From: Acidimicrobiia bacterium
GTDB taxonomy: Bacteria > Actinomycetota > Acidimicrobiia > Spongiisociales > ZC4RG35
Direction: 5' to 3'
Assembly (NCBI GenBank): GCA_035460965.1
Contig: DATHWB010000222.1
Span: 1-53,456, forward strand
Length of the DNA stretch: 53,456 nt
Within the stretch, counting starts at the first letter, position 1. Each line of letters starts with the position of its first letter. The translations under genes were made by a program, and so were the position numbers. Of this stretch, positions 40,395 to 48,354 are shown piece by piece. The notes beneath the pieces were generated by a model. That model did no database searches. It was given only the letters and a program-made list of their open reading frames with translations, and was not told the DNA's origin.

Positions 40395-41240
40395 TCAGAG
40401 CCCCTTGGGATGCCACACCGTCTTGGTCTCGGTGAAGGCGGCGATCAGCAGCGGAGACTGTGAATCCACCTTTTCCGACCGCACCACCCGCTTGACGTTG
40501 TCGGCGGCGGCGGTCTCGGCCTCGGCGATCAGGTCGTCCGGGCAGCCCGTGAGGTCGATGGCGTTGACGTCCATGTGCGACGCCAGCCACGGGGTGAGTT
40601 CGGCAGCATGCCCGGTGAGGATGTTCACGACCCCCGCCGGGACGTCGGACGTGGCGAGCGCTTCGGCGAAGGTCACCGCCACGACCGGTGCCCGATCCGA
40701 TGCGACCACCACGGCCGTGTTCCCCGGCACCAGCACCGGAGCGAGGCGCGAGACGAGTCCGAGCAGCGGCGGCTCATGCGGGGCGATCACACCGACGACC
40801 CCGGTCGGTTCGGGCGAAGAGATGTTGAAGAACGGCCCGGCGACCGGATTGAGATTGCCGAACACCTGCGGGAACTTGTCGCACCAACCGGCATACCAGA
40901 CGAGTCGGTCGATCGTCGCCTCGACCTGCCGTTCCGCCGCCCGCTTCGACGCTCCCATGACGCGCAAGTCGTCCTGGAACGCCGCAGCCCGGTCCTCCAC
41001 CATCTCGGCGATGCGATACAGGATCTGGCCGCGGTTGTATCCGGTGCGGGCCGCCCACTTCTCCTGCGCCCCCCTGGCAGCCCGAACGGCGTCCCGCAGG
41101 TCCTTGCGAGATCCCTCGGCCATGCGGGCGATCACGTTGCCGTCGTCATCGAGCGCGGGGAACGTGCGCCCTGATTCCGAACGGGGAAAGTCGCCCCCGA
41201 TGTAGAGCTTGTGCGTCTTCCTCACATCCAGCCGAGCCAT
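40395..41240 (-). CDS. Aldehyde-dehydrogenase-like protein lacking the catalytic domain (probable non-catalytic subunit)
   Basis: 281 aa, aligning by eye to the ALDH N-terminal (NAD-fold) half. It ends with an ALDH-type C-terminal strand (FTETKTVWHPKG). PWNFP is replaced by PHEPP, there is no KPxE lysine, and there is no ELGGK or catalytic Cys segment. Confidence 0.75.
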   Translation of the reverse strand: MARLDVRKTHKLYIGGDFPRSESGRTFPALDDDGNVIARMAEGSRKDLRDAVRAARGAQEKWAARTGYNRGQILYRIAEMVEDRAAAFQDDLRVMGASKRAAERQVEATIDRLVWYAGWCDKFPQVFGNLNPVAGPFFNISSPEPTGVVGVIAPHEPPLLGLVSRLAPVLVPGNTAVVVASDRAPVVAVTFAEALATSDVPAGVVNILTGHAAELTPWLASHMDVNAIDLTGCPDDLIAEAETAAADNVKRVVRSEKVDSQSPLLIAAFTETKTVWHPKGL

Positions 41241-42718
41241 CAGCCCTCCGTCTTCATGTAGGCGAGGAGCCCGTGGCGGCCGCCCTCGCGACCGAAACCC
41301 GACTCCTTGTAGCCGCCGAACGGTGAGGTGGGGTCGAACTTGTTGTAGGTGTTCGCCCACACCACGCCCGCCCGCAGCCGGTCGGCCATCCAGAGGATGC
41401 GTGAGCCCTTCTGCGTCCAGACTCCGGCGGCGAGACCGAACGGGGTGTTGTTCGCCTTCTCCACCGCCTCCTCCGGAGTGCGGAACGTCATGATGGAGAG
41501 CACCGGCCCGAAGATCTCCTCCTGGGCGATGCGGTGGCTCTGCGAGACCCCCGTGAACAGGGTCGGCCGGAAGAAGTACCCACGGGCCGGAAGGTCGGTG
41601 GAGGGCTGATACATCGTCGCCCCTTCGCTCTCCCCGGACGCCACCAGTTCCTCGATCTTGGCGAGCTGGCCGGCCGAGTTGATGGCGCCGATGTCGGTGT
41701 TCTTGTCGAGCGGATCACCCACCCGCAACGTGTCGAGGCGCAGCTTGAGCTTGGAGACGAACTCCTCCGCCACACCTTCCTGCACGATCAGCCGGCTGCC
41801 GGCGCAACAGACGTGGCCCTGGTTGAAGAAGATCCCGTTGATCACACCCTCGACCGCCTGGTCGACGGGCGCGTCCTCGAACACGACGTGGGCGCCCTTC
41901 CCGCCCAGCTCGAGGGTGACCTTCTTGCCGGATCCGGCGAGCTGCCGCTGGATGATCTTTCCGACTTCGGTCGAACCGGTGAACGCCACCTTGTCGACGT
42001 CGTGGTGACCGACGACCGCCGCTCCGGTCTCCCCGGCGCCGGTGACCACGTTGAAGACCCCGGGCGGGAGTCCCGCCTCTGCGCAGATGCGGGCGAAGTG
42101 GAGCGCCGACAGCGGTGTCGTCTCCGCCGGTTTGAGCACCACGGTGTTGCCCGCCGCCAGAGCCGGCGCCACCTTCCACGCCAGCATCAGCAGCGGGAAG
42201 TTCCACGGGACGACCTGGCCAGCCACCCCGAGCGGTCGCGGCTCGAGCCCGGGGAAGACGTACTCCAGCTTGTCCGCCCATCCGGCGTGGTAGAAGAAGT
42301 GTGCCGCCACCAGGGGCAGGTCGACATCGCGGGACTCCTTGATGGGCTTGCCACCGTCGCGGGTCTCCAGCACCGCCAACTCGCGGGACCGCTCCTGCAC
42401 GAGGCGGGCGATCCGAAACAGGTACTTCGCTCGCTCCGCCCCCGACACCTTTCCCCAGTCTCCGAACGCCTTGCGGGCGGCCGACACCGCCCGGTCGACA
42501 TCGGTGGCGTCCGCCAGCGCCACCTCGGCGAGCGGCTCCTCGGTCGCCGGGTCGAGGGTCGTGAACCACTGCTTGGAAGCCGGCTTGAAGAAGTCCCCGT
42601 CGATGAACACCCCGTAGCGCTCGTCGATGGACACGAGATCGGCGTTCTCGCGGCTCGGGGCGTAGCTCCAGTCGATCGGCTCGGCGACCGGGGTGAGGGC
42701 GGGTAGGTCTTCTCCCAT
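41240..42718 (-). CDS. NAD(P)-dependent aldehyde dehydrogenase
   Basis: VVPWNFPLLM, VLKPAETTPLS, FTGSTEVG, ELGGKG, FFNQGHVCCAGSR (catalytic Cys), PFGGYKESG. Confidence 0.92.
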   Translation of the reverse strand: MGEDLPALTPVAEPIDWSYAPSRENADLVSIDERYGVFIDGDFFKPASKQWFTTLDPATEEPLAEVALADATDVDRAVSAARKAFGDWGKVSGAERAKYLFRIARLVQERSRELAVLETRDGGKPIKESRDVDLPLVAAHFFYHAGWADKLEYVFPGLEPRPLGVAGQVVPWNFPLLMLAWKVAPALAAGNTVVLKPAETTPLSALHFARICAEAGLPPGVFNVVTGAGETGAAVVGHHDVDKVAFTGSTEVGKIIQRQLAGSGKKVTLELGGKGAHVVFEDAPVDQAVEGVINGIFFNQGHVCCAGSRLIVQEGVAEEFVSKLKLRLDTLRVGDPLDKNTDIGAINSAGQLAKIEELVASGESEGATMYQPSTDLPARGYFFRPTLFTGVSQSHRIAQEEIFGPVLSIMTFRTPEEAVEKANNTPFGLAAGVWTQKGSRILWMADRLRAGVVWANTYNKFDPTSPFGGYKESGFGREGGRHGLLAYMKTEG

Positions 42719-42719
42719 G

Positions 42720-43673
42720 TCAGTCCTTCGTGAAGTAGTCGGGCGATTGGTAGCGACCGGTCTCCAGCCAGCGGATCTGCATCAGCACGTCGTTGAGCAG
42801 CGACGACGCCCCGAAGCGGAACCAGTCGGGCGTCAACCACTCCCGCCCGAGCGTCTCGTTGAGGACCACGAGGTACTTGATCGCCTCCTTGGACGTGCGG
42901 ATCCCTCCCGCCGGCTTCATGCCGACCATGCGCCCGGTCATGGCCCGGAAGTCCCGGATCGCTTCCAGCATCACGAGTGTCACGGGGAGGGTGGCCGCCG
43001 GGGACACCTTGCCGGTCGAGGTCTTGATGAAGTCGGCGCCGGCAGCCATCGCCAGCATCGACGCCTTGCGCACGTTGTCCAGCGTGGCCAGTTCGCCGGT
43101 CTCGAGGATGACCTTGAGATGGGCCTGACCGCACGCTTCCTTGATGCTGCGGATCTCGTCGAACACGTCGACGTGCCGGCCGGCCAGGAACGCCCCCCGA
43201 TCGATCACCATGTCGACTTCGTCGGCCCCCATCGCCACCACCCGCTGCGTCTCGGCGACCTTGAGGTCGATCGGGGCCTGGCCCGACGGGAAGTAGGTGG
43301 CCACCGAGGCGACCTTCACGCCGGATCCGTCCACCGCCGCCCGCGCCACCGGAACCATGTTCGGGTAGACGCACACCGCCGCCACCGACGGGATGGAGGG
43401 GTCGGTGGGATCGGGACGGATCGCCTTGGACGAGAGCTGGGAGACCTTGCCCGGTGTGTCCTGTCCCTCGAGCGTCGTGAGATCCATCATTCGGATCGCC
43501 AGTTCCAGTGCCGCCCGCTTCGACTCACGCTTGATCGAACGAGTCCCCAGCGATGCCACGCGCTCGGCCACGGTGACCTCGTCGACGGTGGCCACGGCGC
43601 CGAGGTAGGCGCGGAGGCCTGCTCCGGTGACCGGAGAGGGAAGCGCGGACGGGACGACCGGGGTGCTGGTCAC
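42720..43673 (-). CDS. deoC: Deoxyribose-phosphate aldolase (long actinobacterial form)
   Basis: VCVYP...EVDMVID...LKVILETG...DFIKTSTGK (Schiff-base Lys)...KPAGGIRT. Confidence 0.9.
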   Translation of the reverse strand: MTSTPVVPSALPSPVTGAGLRAYLGAVATVDEVTVAERVASLGTRSIKRESKRAALELAIRMMDLTTLEGQDTPGKVSQLSSKAIRPDPTDPSIPSVAAVCVYPNMVPVARAAVDGSGVKVASVATYFPSGQAPIDLKVAETQRVVAMGADEVDMVIDRGAFLAGRHVDVFDEIRSIKEACGQAHLKVILETGELATLDNVRKASMLAMAAGADFIKTSTGKVSPAATLPVTLVMLEAIRDFRAMTGRMVGMKPAGGIRTSKEAIKYLVVLNETLGREWLTPDWFRFGASSLLNDVLMQIRWLETGRYQSPDYFTKD

Positions 43674-43701
43674 GGCTCGGATGATACGTGAGGTGCCCGC
43701 A

Positions 43702-44184
43702 TCAACCCTGCCCGATGTACCGGCTACGGAAGTACCCGAGGGCGCGGCGGGTGCGGGAGCCCACGGTCAGCCGCTCGACCCTGCCGACGTGGATCCGATG
43801 GTCTCCACCGTCATAGACATGTTCGCTGCGACACTCGAAGGAGGCGAGCGAACCCGAGATGACGGGTAGGTCGTCCAGGCCGGGCGACCAGTCGAGACCT
43901 TCGAAACGTTCGACGTCCCTCGTGGCGAAACGGACCGCAAGGTGCTCCTGGTCCTCGGCGAGGACGTGAACCACGAATCCGACGGCCAGCTCGAAGGCAT
44001 CGAAGGTGTTCGAATCCCGGTCGACAGCGAAAAGCACCAACGGCGGGTCCAGCGACAGCGAGCTGAACGAATTGACCGTCAGTCCGGTGGGTTCGCCGTC
44101 AGCCTCCCTGGTCGTGACGACGGTGACACCGGTCATGAACTCTCCGAAACCGTCCCGCAGGGTCCTCGAGTCGAATCCGCTCAC
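43702..44184 (-). CDS. Flavin reductase-like FMN-binding protein
   Basis: FMTGVTVVTT...LTVNSFSSLSLDPPLVLF...; 160 aa split-barrel type. Confidence 0.85.
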   Translation of the reverse strand: MSGFDSRTLRDGFGEFMTGVTVVTTREADGEPTGLTVNSFSSLSLDPPLVLFAVDRDSNTFDAFELAVGFVVHVLAEDQEHLAVRFATRDVERFEGLDWSPGLDDLPVISGSLASFECRSEHVYDGGDHRIHVGRVERLTVGSRTRRALGYFRSRYIGQG

Positions 44185-44261
44185 TGCACCGCCTTCCGTG
44201 GTCCCGATCGCCAGCGTAGAGACGATTTCGCTTCACTCACACACCCGGCGATGATGCCGCG

Positions 44262-45179
44262 GTGAAGAGCCCATGGCCCTGGATCGCCTTCGCCACGTTC
44301 GGGTGGGCGGCCGGCAACATCACCTCGAAACTGGCGCTCGACGGCGGGATGGACCCTGTCGCCCTCACCCTCGTCCGTTTCGTCGTGGCGGCGGCCGGCA
44401 TGCTGACGATCCTGGCTGCGGCGGGGCAGCTCGACCGTGACCACGACTGGCGCCGGGGCGGGGCGATCGGAACCCTGAACATGGCCCTCCCCCCGGTGTT
44501 CTTCACCATCGCCCTCGTCACACTCGACGCCTCGCTCGCCGGCCTCCTGATCGCACTGATCCCGGCGGCGTCGATCGTGGCGGCGCACTTCATCGTGCCA
44601 GGCGAGCGATTCCGCGCCTGGAGGATCCCCGGACTGATCGTGGCGTTCACGGGAATCGCGGTCCTGCTCGGCGGAGTCGAGGGCATCGAGGGCTCGGCGC
44701 TGTGGGGTGCGGTGGGATGGTCCATGCTCGGGGTCGTGACTGCGGGAACGGGTGGCGCCGTCTCCCGTCGGTTCGCCATCCACACGCCCGCACGCCGCAT
44801 GGTCGTTCCCCAGTTCCTGGCCGCCGCCGTCACCCTGTTGCTGCTCTCGTTCCCCACCGGGACATGGGGCCAACTGTCCGGAGTGCCCGGCGATGCCTGG
44901 GGGTGGGCGATCGCCACCGGTCTCGTCGGAACGATCATCCCGTTCTACTCCTTCCTCCAGGTGGTCGAGCGAGCGGAAACCGCCACCGCCGCCCTGATCG
45001 GGTACCTGGTACCGGTGGCGTCCGCCGTCGGAGCCGTCGTGTTCCTGGGCGACCCCGTGACGGCGTCACTGATCCTCGGTGGCACGATCATCGTGATCGG
45101 CGTGATCCTGGCGGATCGCGGCGAGATGATCCTGGCGCTGCTGCGCAAACCGGTGAAGGCGCCAGCCCTTCCCCGTTAG
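44262..45179 (+). CDS. EamA/DMT-family transporter
   Basis: About 10 TM segments arranged as two EamA-like halves. GTG start. Confidence 0.82.
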   Translation: MKSPWPWIAFATFGWAAGNITSKLALDGGMDPVALTLVRFVVAAAGMLTILAAAGQLDRDHDWRRGGAIGTLNMALPPVFFTIALVTLDASLAGLLIALIPAASIVAAHFIVPGERFRAWRIPGLIVAFTGIAVLLGGVEGIEGSALWGAVGWSMLGVVTAGTGGAVSRRFAIHTPARRMVVPQFLAAAVTLLLLSFPTGTWGQLSGVPGDAWGWAIATGLVGTIIPFYSFLQVVERAETATAALIGYLVPVASAVGAVVFLGDPVTASLILGGTIIVIGVILADRGEMILALLRKPVKAPALPR

Positions 45180-45208
45180 CCTCGACCCGCACCCGATCCA
45201 GGTTCCAC

Positions 45209-46855
45209 ATGACCACCACCCGCCACATCCTCGTCGCCGTCGCCTGGCCCTATGCCTCGGGCTCGCTGCACCTCGGCCACCTGGCCGGGGCGTACCTCCC
45301 GCCCGACATCTTCGCCCGCTACCACCGGCTGGCAGGGCACCGCGTGCTGATGGTGTCCGGATCGGACACCCACGGGACGCCCATCACCGTGAAGGCGGAA
45401 CAGGAGGGTGTCTCGCCCGGCGAGATCGTCGACCGTTACCACCCGGAGATACTCGGCTATTGGGAATCGCTCGGCATCTCTTTCGACCTGTTCACGACCA
45501 CCGACACCCCCAACCACCACCGCGTCGCCCGGGAGTTCTTCACGCGCCTGCTGGAGAACGGCTACCTGTACCGCAAGAGCGAGATGCAGTTCTACGACGA
45601 GGTGCGGAACCAGTTCCTGCCCGACCGCTACGTCGAAGGCACCTGCCCCCACTGCGGGTACAACCCGGCGCGTGGCGATCAGTGCGACAACTGCGGGAAG
45701 ATCCTCGACCCACAGGACTTGATCGACCCGGTGTCGAAACTGTCGGGCACGATCCCCGTCGAGCGTCAGACCGAGCACTACTACTGGAAGCTCAGCGAGT
45801 TCGAGCAGCCGCTGTTGGAGTGGTTGGACACGCGGGAGGGATGGCGTCCACACGTCATCAACTTCGCCAGGGGAATGGTGCGTGACGGACTGCACGACCG
45901 CTCGTTCACCCGCGACCTCGACTGGGGCATCCCGATCCCGGTGGACGATCTCGGTCCGGGCAAGTCGATCTACGTCTGGTGGGAGGCGGTGATGGGCTAC
46001 TACTCGGCCCCGCAGGAGTGGGCCGAGATCCAGGGGGACCCGGAGGCCTGGAAGGCCTGGTGGACGGACCCAGCAGCCGAGACCTACTACTTCGTCGGCA
46101 AGGACAACATCCCGTTCCACGCCGTGTACTGGCCCGCCCTGCTCATGGGACACGGCGGACTCAATCTCCCGACGGACGTCCCCGCCAACCAGTACATCAC
46201 CTTCAAAGGGGAGAAGGCATCGAAGTCGATGGGCGTGGGACGTTCGATCGGCTGGTACGCCGAGCGTCTCCAGCCCGACGCGCTGCGCTACGCCATCGCC
46301 TCCGTGCTGCCCGAACAGAACGACACCGACCTCACCGGCGCCCAGATCATCGAGCGGATCAACTCGGAACTGGTCGCCACCTGGGGCAACCTCGTGAACC
46401 GCGTCCTGTCGCTGGCGGCCAAGCACTTCGAAGGATCGGTCCCCCCGCGCGGCCAGCCCACCGGCGACGACCTGGCACTGATCGCCGGGGTCGACGCGGC
46501 GCTGGGCGAAGTGGGTGTGCTGATCGAGAAGGTGGAGCTGCGGATGGGCTTGCGACGGGCCATGAGCGCCGCCCAGACCATCAACGTCTATCTGAACGAA
46601 CAGGAGCCGTGGAAGACGATCAAGGTCGACCGCGACCGGGCAGGGACCGTGCTGTGGGCGGCGATCCAGGCCATCTCCGGCCTACGCGTCGCCCTCGCCC
46701 CCTACCTTCCGTTCACGACCGAGACCCTCGGCGCCACTCTCGGGGTTCCACCCCGCCCCGACGGATGGGCGCGACCCGCAGTCCCGGAGGGCGCCCCGTT
46801 GGGCCCGGTGCAGCCGTTGTTCACCAAGCTCGATCCTGACGCCCTGGACGACTGA
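45209..46855 (+). CDS. metG: Methionine--tRNA ligase
   Basis: PYASGSLHLGHLAG (HIGH), CPHCGYNPARGDQCDNCG (zinc knuckle), KASKSMG (KMSKS). The listed ORF was trimmed to ATG 45209. Confidence 0.95.
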   Translation: MTTTRHILVAVAWPYASGSLHLGHLAGAYLPPDIFARYHRLAGHRVLMVSGSDTHGTPITVKAEQEGVSPGEIVDRYHPEILGYWESLGISFDLFTTTDTPNHHRVAREFFTRLLENGYLYRKSEMQFYDEVRNQFLPDRYVEGTCPHCGYNPARGDQCDNCGKILDPQDLIDPVSKLSGTIPVERQTEHYYWKLSEFEQPLLEWLDTREGWRPHVINFARGMVRDGLHDRSFTRDLDWGIPIPVDDLGPGKSIYVWWEAVMGYYSAPQEWAEIQGDPEAWKAWWTDPAAETYYFVGKDNIPFHAVYWPALLMGHGGLNLPTDVPANQYITFKGEKASKSMGVGRSIGWYAERLQPDALRYAIASVLPEQNDTDLTGAQIIERINSELVATWGNLVNRVLSLAAKHFEGSVPPRGQPTGDDLALIAGVDAALGEVGVLIEKVELRMGLRRAMSAAQTINVYLNEQEPWKTIKVDRDRAGTVLWAAIQAISGLRVALAPYLPFTTETLGATLGVPPRPDGWARPAVPEGAPLGPVQPLFTKLDPDALDD

Positions 46856-46895
46856 CCCCGGGAACCATCCGCCGCCCGTCGTCGTCTGTCTCATC

Positions 46896-47177
46896 GTGAA
46901 AACCACCGCACGCACACGCCTCGAAACGTGGCATGCTGCACACGTGCAGACGCCCCCCCGCTCCCTGGCAGCCCGAGCCGGACTGACCGTCGCCGGCACG
47001 TCCCTGCTGGCGGTCGGCACCGCCGGGCTCTTCCTCCCCATCATCCCCGGCGTGGTACTCGTGGCCTCCGGTCTCGCCATCCTCGGCAGGCAGTACGGAT
47101 GGGCACGCACCGCCCTCGACCGCGTCACCCCCGCCCGCTTCAAGCAGGACGAAACCTCCAAAGCCGAAGCCGCCTGA
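46896..47177 (+). CDS. Small two-TM membrane protein (PGPGW-like)
   Basis: 93 aa. FLPIIPGVVLVASGLAILGRQYGWA resembles the PGPGW motif. GTG start. Confidence 0.5.
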   Translation: MKTTARTRLETWHAAHVQTPPRSLAARAGLTVAGTSLLAVGTAGLFLPIIPGVVLVASGLAILGRQYGWARTALDRVTPARFKQDETSKAEAA

Positions 47178-47185
47178 AGCGCGGG

Positions 47186-47419
47186 CTCATCCACGAGTTC
47201 GCTTCGATCACCACCCCCCTCGGCCGACTCAGGTCTCTCCCCCCAGGAGCGAAGCGACATTGGGGGGAGCAGCCTCGCCGCCAGGCGAGGCAAGGGGGGC
47301 CATCCCGGAAGCAGTGGTTCACGAGTTCGCTGACGCTCACTGCCCCCCTCGGCCCGGCGTCGCCGGGCCGGTCCCCCCAACACGACGCCTACGGCGTCGC
47401 GAGGGGGACAAACCAGTGG
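47186..47419. repeat. Two tandem copies (128-bp period) of a structured C6/G6-rich non-coding element
   Basis: Both units share CACGAGTTCGCT (47192, 47320), CCCCCCTCGGCC (47214, 47343), a second C6 run, a G5-6 run and a terminal CAGTGG. Their internal stems covary between units. No reading frame is consistent across both. Confidence 0.6.
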
Positions 47420-47477
47420 AAGACCCCAAGACGCGAAATGCGATGATCCCGCAGGGAACGAGCGCTGGGGGGTGCCG

Positions 47478-47493
47478 GGGGGCTCGCGCCCCC
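47478..47493 (-). terminator. GC hairpin GGGGGC-tcgc-GCCCCC downstream of sodN
   Basis: Read directly from the sequence, 45 nt after the sodN stop on the minus strand. Confidence 0.4.
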
Positions 47494-47537
47494 TGCACTA
47501 TCAAACTGCCCTAGCCCCCTGCGCAGAGTTCTGAGTT

Positions 47538-47954
47538 CTAGGCCGGTGGGTAGACGCCCATGTCCTTCGCCTTCGCGGTCTTCCAGAAGACCTCGGCGAC
47601 GTCATCGACCAGGCCGACGAGCTTCTCGCCCTCGGCGGGGTCCATCGACTTCTTGGCGACTCCCGCCTGGTTGATCGCACGCCAGAAGAGGTCGTCGAGT
47701 TCGGGGAACTCCTTGCGATGGTCGGGCGTGAAGAAGTCGGTCCAGAGCACGCTCAAATGGTGCTTGACGAGTTCCGCCTGCCGCTCCTTGATGAGGATGG
47801 CGCGATCCCGGAAGACGTCGTCGTCGGAATCCTGGTACTTCTGGGCGGACTTCCACACCGACATCGCCTCGATCTTCGCCTGCGCAGGGTCGTAGACGCC
47901 GCAGTACAGGTCACAGTGTGCGTGGGCCGTCGTGGCCGTTCGGAACAGACCCAT
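47538..47954 (-). CDS. sodN: Nickel superoxide dismutase precursor
   Basis: MGLFRTATTAHA / HCDLYCGVYDP is a leader followed by the Ni-hook. The rest is collinear with NiSOD (AQAKIEA...VKHHLSVLWTDFF...). ATG follows GGAGG. sodX lies divergently next to it. Confidence 0.92.
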   Translation of the reverse strand: MGLFRTATTAHAHCDLYCGVYDPAQAKIEAMSVWKSAQKYQDSDDDVFRDRAILIKERQAELVKHHLSVLWTDFFTPDHRKEFPELDDLFWRAINQAGVAKKSMDPAEGEKLVGLVDDVAEVFWKTAKAKDMGVYPPA

Positions 47955-48024
47955 GATTCGGGTACCTCCAGTCGGAACGTGGTCCTCCGACCATACTCCC
48001 ACCGTCGAAACAGGTGGACTCGAG

Positions 48025-48327
48025 ATGCGACGATTCAGGATCGCCGAGGAGTCGATGCTCCCGACGTTGCGCCCGGGGGACATCGTCCTGGCTACGACTG
48101 ACCGCCGCCCTCCCGCCGGGTCCGTGGTGGTGTTCCGCCACCCTCGCCGGGAGGACTTGTGGCTGGTGAAGCGGGTGACCGCTCTCGGCGGGGACGAGAT
48201 GTGGGTCGAGTCCGACAATCCCGAGGCCACGATGGCCGACTCGCGGACCCTGGGGTGGATCCCGACCGAGCTGACATACCGCGCTCGCCTGCGGCTCCGT
48301 GACCGATGGCGGTTGTCACGCGTGTGA
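48025..48327 (+). CDS. sodX: NiSOD maturation endopeptidase (S26 signal-peptidase-like)
   Basis: EESMLPTLRPGD (Ser) and WLVKRVTALGGD (Lys). 100 aa, divergent from sodN. Confidence 0.85.
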   Translation: MRRFRIAEESMLPTLRPGDIVLATTDRRPPAGSVVVFRHPRREDLWLVKRVTALGGDEMWVESDNPEATMADSRTLGWIPTELTYRARLRLRDRWRLSRV

Positions 48328-48354
48328 CGAGGACGGTGGACGTAGGATCCGCCG

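Noticed and set aside
47186-47419. Assigning the tandem repeat outright to the 6C sRNA family
   Set aside because: Apart from the C-rich runs, I cannot reproduce the two-hairpin 6C consensus from memory, and the genomic context is not the one I associate with 6C. It stays an open candidate in the findings rather than a feature call.
47467-47482. Two adjacent G6 runs, considered as a G-quadruplex
   Set aside because: Only two closely spaced G tracts are present. They are more simply explained as hairpin arms pairing with the nearby C5-6 runs.
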